Assembly: GCA_002269645.1 (NCBI GenBank)
Contig: NIVC01002724.1
Coordinates: forward strand, 1-64,000
DNA length: 64,000 nucleotides
Reading direction: 5' to 3'
From: Macrostomum lignano
Lineage: Eukaryota
Shown: piece after piece, positions 37,308 to 49,300 of the stretch
Layout: the number at the start of each line of letters is the position of its first letter
Numbering within the stretch: position 1 is the stretch's first letter
Program-made: the position numbers and the translations under genes
The notes under the pieces: generated by a model
What the model saw: the letters and a program-made list of their open reading frames with translations, nothing else
The model's database searches: none
What the model was told of the DNA's origin: nothing

Positions 37308-40300
37308 CTGAAATTAAAAGTCGAATAACTGCCTCACACTCTCAATCAGCACCACCACTCCACTGCCTCACACTTAATCAGCACCCACCACTCCACTGCC
37401 TCACACTTAATCAGCACCCACCACTCCACTGCCTCACACTTAATCAGCACCCACCACTCCACTGCCTCACTCTCGATCAGCACCAACCACCCCACTGCCT
37501 CACTCTCAATCAGCACCCACCACCCCACTGCCTCACACTTAATCAGCACCCACCACCCCACTGCCTCACACTTAATCAGCACCCACCACCCCACTGCCCC
37601 ATCACTTAATCAGCACCCACAATCCCATTGCCTCGCTCTCGATCAGCACCCACCACCCCACTGCCTCACACTTAATCAGCACCCACAATCCCATTGCCTC
37701 ATTCTCAATCAGCAACCACCACCCCACTGCCTCACTCTCAATCAGCACCCACCACCCCACTGCCTCACACTTAATAAGCACCCACCACCCCACTGCCTCA
37801 CACTTAATCAGCACCCACCACCCCACTGCCTCACTCTCAATCAGCACCCACAATCCCATTGCCTCGCTCTCGATCAGCACCCACCACCCCACTGCCTCAC
37901 ACTTAATCAGCAACCACCACCCCACTGCCTCACTCTCAATCAGCACCCACAATCCCATTGCCTCGCTCTCGATCAGCACCCACCACCCCATTGCACTGCC
38001 TCGCTCTCGATTTAGCCACTCACCTGAACTTTCCAGTCCGCACCTGCACGCCCAGCAGTCCAGCAGCCATCGCTCCGCCCACGTCGCTGACAATGTCGTC
38101 CCCAACCATGACCACAGCAGCGGCGCCGTCCAATCCGAGCGTTTTGACTCCGGCACCGAAGAAAGCCGCCGACGGCTTGCCGACAACCTCGGCCGTCGAA
38201 CCGGATGCGAACTCCAGCGCTCTGGCGAAGGCGCCGACATCCAGATGCAGCTGCTCCGCCTGCCTGTAGTAGCGGCCCATGCCGAGGCTGAGCAGCCCCA
38301 CTGGCTGCCCGCCGCCGCGCGCTGCCGGCGTCATCAACCGCTGGAAGGCGGCGTTCAACGCCGCGTAGCTGAACCCGTCGCTGGCGTCTCCGAGCACGAC
38401 GCAGTCGACAGGGTCGGCGGCGGTCGCTGCCACGTCTTGAAGCTCGGGAAGACAGTCTGGAGGATCGGTTTGAGGGGGGTTTTATCAATGCTGCGCATCC
38501 CAGATCCTCAGTTGCTGGGCCAGCCTCCCAGATCCTCAGTTGCTGGGCCAGCCTCCCAGATCCTCAGTTGCTGGGCCAGCCTCCCAGATCCTCAGTTGCT
38601 GGGCCAGCCTCCCAGATCCTCAGTTGCTGGGCCAGCCTCCCAGATCCTCAGTTGCTGGGCCAGCCTCCCAGATCCTCAGTTGCTGGGCCAGCCTCCCAGA
38701 TCCTCAGTTGCTGGGCCAGCCTCCCAGATCCTCAGTTGCTGGGCCAGCCTCCCAGATCCTCAGTTGCTGGGCCAGCCTCCCAGATCCTCAGTTGCTGGGC
38801 CAGCCTCCCAGATCCTCAGTTGCTGGGCCAGCCTCCCAGATCCTCAGTTGCTGGGCCAGCCTCCCAGATCCTCAGTTGCTGGGCCAGCCTCCCAGGTTAT
38901 TAGTTGCTGGGCCAGGCCCTGTGCTGTAGTTAGTTAACTGAAGAAATTCATGATACTACTACACTAGCTTTGGTTCTACCAGTAGTAATAAAAAAGGCTT
39001 TTTAAATCAAAATTTTGACTTGCTTCTTAATTCCTTGCATTACGAAAAGCTCGGTGAAAAGAGAAAGTTTTTAAACGCCAAAAAGGCTCAGGTTTCAATG
39101 ACAGATTTTCCTCCTTTCCTCCCTTTAAAAGGATCTATCCAGCTTATCCACCAACAGTGCAAGCATTTTGCCTCATTTGAAATGTTTTCCAAATTTAAGA
39201 GAATATAACTATTAGTTGGGAAACCGGATGAACTTCCGCAGCTCCAGGGGCCTCCGCGGCGCTGCCAGGTGCTTTTCTGCTGATGATAAAAAACACAAAA
39301 TTCCCGACATAGCCACTTCCGCCTTCAGAAAAAAATTAGTAGTCACATCCGGTTTGCTTGAAAGGTGGTTTCCCACTGTAACAGTACTTCATCTGCTATA
39401 TGCATATGAAAGCGGGAGTATGGGATTTCCAAGAAATTGCTGTAATAGCTATAAAATACAGCATTGGGCATGCGCGGGGCGGACAGCTGCATTAAGAGAT
39501 TTTCCTTCCCGATTTTCTCCAGGCAAGTGACGCAGCTCAGTAGCCAATAAAATCCGTCTGTGCCCTTGACAGGGACAATCATTGTGGCTTAGTGTGAGAC
39601 CGGATGTTAACAAGAAAAAGTTGTTATCTGATGTGGCTTAAAAGTCTTATTTTATTATTGTTAAATTATAGTTTCTGAAAATCGTAGATCCCAGATCCTA
39701 AGTCCCAGATCCTAGATTCCAGATCCTAGATCCCAGATCTTAGATCCCAGATCCTAAATCCCAGATCCTAGATCCCAGATCCCAGATCCCAGATCCCAGA
39801 TCCCAGATCCTAGATCCCAGATCCTAGATCCCAGATCCTAGATCCCAGATCCTAGATCCCAGATCCTAGATCCCAGATCCTAGATCCCAGATCCTAGATC
39901 CCAGATCCTAGATCCCAGATCCTAGATCCCAGATCCTAGATCCCAGATCCTAGATCCCAGATCCTAGATCCCAGATCCTAGATCCCAGATCCTAGATCCC
40001 AGATCCTAGATCCCAGATCCTAGATCCCAGATCCTAGATCCCAGATCCTAGATCCCAGATCCTAGATCCCAGATCCTAGATCCCAGATCCTAGATCCCAG
40101 ATCCTAGATCCCAGATCCTAGATCCCAGATCCTAGATCCCAGATCCTAGATCCCAGATCCTAGATCCCAGATCCTAGATCCCAGATCCTAGATCCCAGAT
40201 CCTAGATCCCAGATCCTAGATCCCAGATCCTAGATCCCAGATCCTAGATCCCAGATCCTAGATCCCAGATCCTAGATCCCAGATCCTAGATCCCAGATCC

Positions 40301-43300
40301 TAGATCCCAGATCCTAGATCCCAGATCCTAGATCCCAGATCCTAGATCCCAGATCCTAGATCCCAGATCCTAGATCCCAGATCCTAGATCCCAGATCCTA
40401 GATCCCAGATCCTAGATCCCAGATCCTAGATCCCAGATCCTAGATCCCAGATCCTAGATCCCAGATCCTAGATCCCAGATCCTAGATCCCAGATCCTAGA
40501 TCCCAGATCCTAGATCCCAGATCCTAGATCCCAGATCCTGGACTCTAGGTAAATGCAATCCAAAATAAAGTACAAACAATTACAAAGTATCAATTTCACA
40601 TAGCTTCACAATCCTAAACTTTCCTCTTCCCTTATTTGTCAGTTATCTTGCACTCCCATCGGACACGTCAAGGCCTCCTTTCTATAACAAAGAACAAGAA
40701 GGCAAATATAAGTCTATTTGTATATTTAAACAATAACTGTTCAATTCCACTTTTTTGAAGTCTGAAGTTCTGAACACAATTTTCAGTCTAACACAAAGTC
40801 AAAATTAAGTACACCTGTACTAATATCGTTTCTTATAACGAGCTAAAGTTTGCGATGGCTTAGCCAAAGCTGAGAAGGCAGTTGCGTATTTGCCATATTA
40901 GATAGACAGTGTTTAGGAGGGGATGGATTTCGGTTTTCAGACCCCAACTCGAAACCCCGCCTTGACAACAGAAAGAAGCAATTGAGCAATTAAAAAACTT
41001 AAAGACGACATGACCATTGCAAAGAGAAGCATTAGAGTCAGAGATTGAATACATTAAAGTGAAGAAAGAACATTAATATTAGTCTTTTAGCAGGATGTCC
41101 AGATCACTGAGCACACGGTTCTCTAGTATTTGTTGGATGCATTCTGAAACTCGAATAATTTATAGTCAAAGTTGAGTTTAGTTTATTTAAAACAACAAAC
41201 AAATTCTGTGTTCTGGGCCTCTGTAACTCCCAATAATGTTTCATTCACTTTACGGTTTCCATGCGCACATCTACCTGGAGCGATTTTGTTTCGTTGTCAA
41301 GCGGAAGTTGGCTTGCATGATTTTTATTTTAATGCTCTCATGAACTGCTCGGGCCGCGGCCTCTGTTGCTGCTGCTGCGCGACCCGATTTTTTTAGTTGC
41401 TGGGATGAAATAAACAGAGATACTTAGCTAAGGCAATTGTATTATGGGCATTATAGCTCATTTGAGGATTCTAAAGTGTCATTTTGAAAATTCTCAAGCT
41501 TCACTGAGGTTTCAAAAGCTTCACTGAGGTTTCAAAAGCTTCACTGAGGCTTCATGAGCTTCACTGAGGATTCAAAAGCCTCACTGAGGTTTTTAAAACC
41601 TTATTGAGGATATTAAAGCTTCACTGAGGATCCTAAAACTTTGCTGAGGATCCTGAAACTTCACTGAGGATTCTAAAGCTTCACTGGGGTTTCAAAAGCT
41701 TCACTGAGGATTCAAAAGCCTCATTGAGGTTTTTAAAACCTTATCGAGGATATTAAAGCTTCACTGAGGATTCTAAAGCTTCACTGAGGATTTGAAAGCT
41801 TCACTGAGGATTCAAAAGCTTCACTGAGGATTCAAAAGCTTCACTGAGGTTGCTTAAACTTTATCGATGATTTTTTAAAGCTTCATCACTGATTCTAAAG
41901 CTTTACTGAGGATTCTGCAACTTCACTGGAGAGTCCAAAACTTCATAAGGATATCGTCATTAAACTGAACATGCAAAATAGCTCATAATTGCAGTTGAAC
42001 CCGATTTTCGTCGCTTCCCACTGCCCCAGTCTCTCCACCCTTTCTCAAACGCGATTCGTGGCCGCAGAGATTCAGCCAGCCAATGACAGACGCGCTGGTG
42101 GAGCCCCATCCCTTGCCTTCCCCATCGCCAACGAGAACGCATCCCTAACCACTTCTATAATAAAACTTGATTAGCCACCTGCCAGTCCGTAAAACATACA
42201 AACACACACTTAATCTTTTCAACTCAATCTATCAAGCTAATCGGCCGATCCTATGCAACAATTTGATGGTGACCATGGCTCAGCCTCAGGCTGGCCAAAC
42301 CCAGCTGCATTGGAGACCACAGATCTCGAACTGCTGGCCTTAATTGAACAGCATCCGCCTTCATCTACTGAGTACTCATCTGAGCAGCCTTTGATGATGA
42401 CGAATATGACAGTGCCGTCAGCACAGCAGCATCTTCAGCAACCGGACGAAGATGAGGCGACCATGGTGGAACAGATGTTTGCTGGTAAGGCTGAAGATTA
42501 CATTATAAATGCGAATTTGCTTATTTTAGTTTCGAAATGGCATGTTTTAAGCTCTGAAATGGCACCTTTAATCTCTAAAATGGCATCTTTAATCTCTAAA
42601 ATGGCATCTTTAAGCTTCAAAATGGCATCTCTAAGCTTCAAAAAATGGCATCTTTAATCTCTAAAATGGCATCTTTAATCTCTAAACGGCATCTCTAGGC
42701 TCCAGAATGGCATCTCTAAGCTTCAAAAATGGCATCTCTAGGCTCCAAAATGGCATCTCTAAGCTTCAAAATGGCATCTCTAGGCTCCAAAATGGCATCT
42801 CTAAGCTTCAAAAAATGGCATCTCTAGGCTCCAGAATGGCATCTCTAAGCTTCAAAAATGGCATCTCTAGGCTCCATAATGGCATCTCTAAGCTTCAAAA
42901 TGGCATCTCTAAGCTTCAAAAATGGCATCTCTAGGCTCCATAATGGCATCTCTAGGCTCCATAATGGCATCTCTAGGCTCCATAATGGCATCTCTAAGCT
43001 TCAAAATGGCATCTCTAAGCTTCAAAAATGGCATCTCTAAGCTTCAAAAAATGGCATCTCTAGGCTCCAGAATGGCATCTCTAGGCTCCATAATGGCATC
43101 TCTAAGCTTCAAAATGGCATCTCTAAGCTTCAAAAATGGCATCTCTAAGCTTCAAAAATGGCATCTCTAGGCTCCAGAATGGCATCTCTAGGCTCCATAA
43201 TGGCATCTCTAAGCTTCAAAATGGCATCTCTAAGCTTCAAAAATGGCATCTCTAAGCTTCAAAAAATGGCATCTCTAGGCTCCAGAATGGCATCTCTAAG

Positions 43301-46300
43301 CTTCAAAAATGGCATCTCTAGGCTCCAGAATGGCATCTCTAAGCTACAAAATGGCATAACTAATCTCCAAAATGGCATATTTTATCTTCAAAAATGGCAT
43401 TTTAAAATTCCGAAATGGCATGTTTAGCCTCTAGTGGCAACTTCTAGCTAAAAATGGCATGTAAAGCTCTCACTTGAAGTAATAATTTAATAAAATTTAA
43501 TATTTGAAAAATAATAATGAATACACCTGACTGCAGATTATAACAACTACAACTGTGTGATTGTACCAGAGGAGAATATCTACAGTCACCATCAGCAGCA
43601 CCAGCTTTCTTCGCAGACATTTGAGCTCGAGCTGTCCCCGGGCCAGGGCACAAGTCCGGATTGCTCATTCTTCTCAGGTAAATCATATTATTATTTAGTT
43701 TGTAAAAACAATAGCACTATAGTCTAACCTATATTATGCTATATTATATTAGGCAGAGTGTTGCCCGAGTTCCGGTTTCCCTGTGACCGCAGGTGGTGAC
43801 CACAATGCATGCGCAATGCATTAGAACCCGGAAGTGGATAAAACATTTATAGTCATTGTCTTCAATTCGAGAAAATTCTATCTAAGCTATAAAACCTGTG
43901 CTCGTGCTCGAAGAACAAGCTTGCCTTCCTGTCTGTCTGTCAGCCTGTCTGACTGTCTGTCTGCCCGGAAGTTACGAATGTAAAATAAAATCTTTTTTTT
44001 TCATTCCCGTTAGAGTGTCTGCCAATCTTTGATCCCGTCCCATGCAGGTGCCTGGACAAGTTCGGCTAGAAAAAACCGGAACCATGTTACTCATGTAATT
44101 TTTTAAAGTTCGGTTTCATATTTCAATTACATCAGCTTTGAACTTATATAGACAGACCCACCTATGAACAGATTCAGTCAATTGACAATTATTTCATCAG
44201 AGTTGGGGGCGCCATTGCACTCAGTTGGGGCGCCAGTTCATTAGAGTTGGGACGGCGCCATTTCACTAGAGTCGGGGCGCCATTTCACTAGAGTTGGGGC
44301 GCCATTTCACTAGAGTTAGGACCGCGCCATTTCACTAGAGTCGGGGCGCCACTTCACTAGAGTTAGGACCGCGCCATTTCACTAGAGTCGGGGCGCCATT
44401 TCACTAGAGTTAGGACGGCGCCATTTCACTAAAGTCGGGGCGCCATTTCACTAGAGTTGGGGCGCCATTTCACTAGATTTGGGGCGCCATTTCACTTGAT
44501 TTAGGGCGCCATTTTACTAGAGTCACGGCGCCATTTCACTAGAGTCAGCGCGCCATTTCATTATATTTGGGGCGCCAGTTTATTACGTTTGGGGCGCCAG
44601 TTCATTAGATTTTGGCGCCAGTTCATTACATTTGGGGCGCCAGTTCAATAGATTTGGGGCGCCAGTTCATTAGATTTGGGCGCCAGTTCAATAGATTTGG
44701 GGCGCCAGTTCATTAGATTTGGGGCCCCATTTCACTAGAGTTGGGGCGGCGCCATTTCACTAGAGTTGGGGCGCCATTTCACTAGAGTTGGGGCGCCATT
44801 TCACTAGAGTTGGGGCGGCGCCATTTCAACAGAGTTGGGGCTCCGCCAAAAATCAGAAAATATTTTGACAGGTTACAATTGGTGGTGCCTGATTCATTTC
44901 CGGTCCAAGGTAATCCGAGAGCCTCCCTCCATGCGCGTGCAGCCTCTTAACTTTTCATTTCTATATTTCAAACAGACTCGTCACAAAAAGGCGGAACTCC
45001 TTTCCTATTCCGTATCGTCAGGGAGGAAAAAGTTTTTTTTTAAAAAGCCGAAAAGATGACACAAAAAGATTGCAGGCGGATGTAGGGGGTGGGGGTGCCC
45101 AGACAAGTGGGGGCTAAAGGAAAACTTTGGGACAAGGAGGCGCATGGCAAGTGAGAGGCATTGTGGTAACAACACCCCAACTTCCGCTTTCAAGATTTGT
45201 TCGGGAGGCCCGTCAAGGAGATCCTCAACTAGAACTTGGAGTAACACAATGTATTAAGTTAAGCACTGATTTAAGGGCGATTGTTCTGCGTGTTTTCGTT
45301 CTGGTCTCATTGCAAACTTGTGTAAATTTCGTCAGAGCTTTGTATAGATTTTAGCACCAGGGGCTTTAGCACCAGGGGCTTTAGCACCAGGGGCTTTAGC
45401 ACCAGGGGCTTTAGCACCAGGGGCTTTAGCACCAGGGGCTTTAGCACCAGGGGCTTTAGCACCAGGGGCTTTAGCACCAGGGGCTTTAGCACCAGGGGCT
45501 TTAGCACCAGGGGCTTTAGCACCAGGGGCTTTAGCACCAGGGGCTTTAGCACCAGGGGCTTTAGCACCAGGGGCTTTAGCACCAGGGGCTTTAGCACCAG
45601 GGGCTTTAGCACCAGGGGCTTTAGCACCAGGGGCTTTAGCACCAGGGGCTTTAGCACCAGGGGCTTTAGCACCAGGGGCTTTAGCACCAGGGGCGCCAGC
45701 ACCAGGGGCGCCAGCACCAGGGGCGCCAGCACCAGGGGCGCCAGCACCAGGGGCGCCAGCACCAGGGGCGCCAGCACCAGGGGCGCCAGCACCAAGGGGC
45801 GCCAGCACCAGGGGCGCCAGTTCCCCCTCCCCCCAGTTGACAAGTTCAGCTCTCCAGACCCTATTTCAAGATTTCCTGGGAGTGGAGGCCCACACCAAAA
45901 AGAGGAACTTATCACCGGGACAAGAAAAACCCCCTCTCCAGTCAACTGGTTACTGATAGAGCACCAACACCACCACCTCCGATAGTTTATGACAGCACAA
46001 AGGGTGATTAATAAACCGAAACAATGAGGATGTCTTGGAACTAGAAAAAAATTCGCGGAATTTTCTCTGTTCCTGAATTTTTTGGGATAAACTATAAAAA
46101 GTACAGCTTTTTTGGACAGGGACAAGGATGCTATATGACTTAGGGGAGAGAGGGAGAGAGGGAAGAGAGGGGAGATAGGAAGAGAGGGGAGAGAGGGGGG
46201 ATAGGAAGAGAGATGAGAGAGGGGGGATAGGAAGAGAGGGGAGAGAGGGGAGATAGGAAGAGAGGGAGAGAGGGAGACAGGGAGAAGAGGAGAGAGGGAG

Positions 46301-49300
46301 AGAGGGAGAGAAGTAGAGCGGTAGAGCGGGTAACCTATTACAAGAGCTACAAAGACCTGGAACCCGGTACCCAGAAATAAAATATTAACAACGGAGTGAA
46401 TTGTTTTCCAATGAAACATGATCTTAGCCATATCTCCAAATTGAATGCCAAAGTATTATTTTGCTATGCTATTCTGTGCTTTAATACAGAATGCTTTAAC
46501 ACTAGTACTGAATTGTAGTGGCATCTGCGCCTTGTAAACTCTCAGACCTTCCAGGTTTTCTAAAGTTTTTTTACAACGAAGACGTGCAGTGTATGAGCTT
46601 TTCTGTTCCAGCTGGCATACAGTTTGAAAGGTTGTAGCGATTGGGATGCTGGAAGATGAGCAATAATAATAATAATAATAATTTTGGAGCGGGTCATTTC
46701 CGATGCTCTATATTTTGTTGGAAGCTTTTAATAACGGTTCGTCACTTCTGGTGTGCTGCGCTCTGGGCTGGGCCAAGTGGAAAGAACAAGAAAATGGCTA
46801 GAAAGAAGAGATAGTAGTTGAGAGAAAGTAGATAAGGGAGAGTAGAGGTGAGAGAGTAGATAAGGGATAGAGAGGGTAAATAACAGAGAGTAGAAATGAG
46901 AAAGTAGATAAGGGAGAGTAGAGGTGAGAAAGTAGATAAGGGAGAGTAGAGGTGAGAAAGTAGATAAGGGAGAGTAGAGGTGAGAAAGTAGATAAGGGAG
47001 AGTAGAGGTGAGAAAGTAGATAAGGGATTAGAGAGGGTAGATAACAGAGAGTAGAGGTGAGAAAGTAGATAGGGAGAGTAGAGGTGAGAAAGTAGATAAG
47101 GGAGAGTAGAGGTGAGAAAGTAGATAAGGGATAGTGAGTAGAATAACTAGTTATTCCCAGCTACACAGCATCAGTTTCCGAACACAAAACAGAATCACAT
47201 TGTTTACAGATCTATAATTTTGTGACTAGGTGTTAGGCGAGAATGAGTACATAAACTATGTATACAGGCACACGCTCGGCACCCACCCGCTTGTAACTAC
47301 ACATTATTGAACTATACTATACATTACTGCAACCTTTGAGTTGGGAAAATGGCAGGGATATGCCACTATATACCGGATTCCCACGCGGCAATATTCATTT
47401 GGGGCTTGGGCAATAAAAAATGATCTGGAGAGTGCCAAGCCCCCCCCCCAACCCAATTATTGTCCTCAAACATAGCTATAGCCAAACTCTAAACAAGCCT
47501 ACATTTGGAGAACTCGCAACCAGTGTGACATTGAATCTCTTGGATTTCTATTCGGTGTCTTTCGATTCTCTCCAAAGTGTCAAATTGCGTAAACAGCAAA
47601 GCATGCAAACGAATCTGTGCATCACCTTTTATATCAATTTGAATTGCTAATCCTAGCGAGAGGCTATGCAGGCTCGGCCTTAACTTTGCATCCATCAATT
47701 AAGTAAATAGGCATTTACAGGCAGATACTGTAAGAAGAAAGTGCAGGTGTGAGACAGAAATGATGCCAAGTGACTGCGTGTCAGACAGAAATGACGCTAA
47801 ACTGAGTGTGTCAGACAGAAATGACGCTAAACTGAGAGTGTCAGACAGAAATGACGCTAAACTGAGAGTGTCAGACAGAAATGACGCTAAACTGAGTGTG
47901 TCAGACAGAAATGACGCTAAACTGAGTGTGTCAGACAGAAATGACGCTAAACTGAGTGTGTCAGACAGAAATGATGCTAAACTGAGTGTGTCAGACAGAA
48001 ATGACGCTAAACTGAGTGTGTCAGACAGAAATGACACCAAGTGAGTGTGTGTGTCAGACAGAAATGACGCCAAGTGAGTGTGTGTGTGTCACATAAAAGT
48101 GACGCCAAGTGACTGTGTGTGTCACACAAAAGTGACGCCAAGTGACTGTGTGTGTCACACAAAAGTGACGCCAAGTGACTGTGTGTGTCACACAAAAGTG
48201 ACGCCAAGTGACTGTGTGTGTCACACAAAAGTGACGCCAAGTGACTGTGTGTGTCACACAAAAGTGACGCCAAGTGACTGTGTGTGTCACACAAAAGTGA
48301 CGCCAAGTGACTGTGTGTGTCACACAAAAGTGACGCCAAGTGACTGTGTGTGTCACACAAAAGTGACGCCAAGTGACTGTGTGTGTCACACAAAAGTGAC
48401 GCCAAGTGACTGTGTGTGTCACACAAAAGTGACGCCAAGTGACTGTGTGTGTCAGACAGTAAGATTTCTCAGCATTAATTTTTCAAACTGTTTTCGATGC
48501 ATCGCGCATTCAACAGCTGCGATCATATACTCGTAAGTGTGAAAATCTCGTTTCCTTGATTGTTTACAACTTCTGTCGGCAGGGTGTTATTACGCAATCA
48601 TGATCAGGCTACGATTGTCAAACAAACAGAAACCTTCCTTGAATCAAACTGGGACAACAAAAACTCCTTATTTCAATATTGACAGATCAGGACACGGCCA
48701 GCAATGGTGCAACCGCCGCTTCAAATGCCGCCCTCATAGCAGCCGCAGCCGCCCCAATGAACAGTGGCGGACAAATGACCAGTTGCTATGGGCAGAGCGG
48801 TGAGCACTGTCAGATGAAACACCTCATGGGTGCAACAGGCGCCTCGGTGTGCACTGAGCCAGTGCTCGTTGGTAATGGTGAGCATTCTGCAGAGTCTTCT
48901 CTATGTCTGAGTCTTATTTTTAAATCCCAGTCTCGATCTCACTCTCTCACTCTCATTCTAAATCTTCCTCTCACTCTCAATCTCAATCTCACTCTCACTC
49001 TCTCTCTCACTCTTAATCTCCCTCTCACTCCCAATCTCTCCCTCTGACTCTCAATCTCCATCTCACTCTCAATCTCTCTCTCACTCTCAATCTCCCTCTC
49101 ACTCCCAATCTCTCCCTCTGACTCTCAATCTCCATCTCACTCTCAATCTCTCTCTCACTCCCAATCTCTCCCTCTCACTCTCAATCTCTCCCTCTGACTC
49201 TCAATCTCCATCTCACTCTCAATCTCTCTCTCACTCTCAATCTCTCTCTCACTCCCAATCTCTCCCTCTGACTCTCAATCTCCATCTCACTCTCAATCTC

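Noticed and set aside
45307-46431. 374-aa and 158-aa minus-strand ORFs (PLVLK / APGAK repeats), collagen- or elastin-like in appearance
   Set aside because: They are products of the 15-bp array plus AG-rich low-complexity sequence, with non-ATG starts and no splice support.
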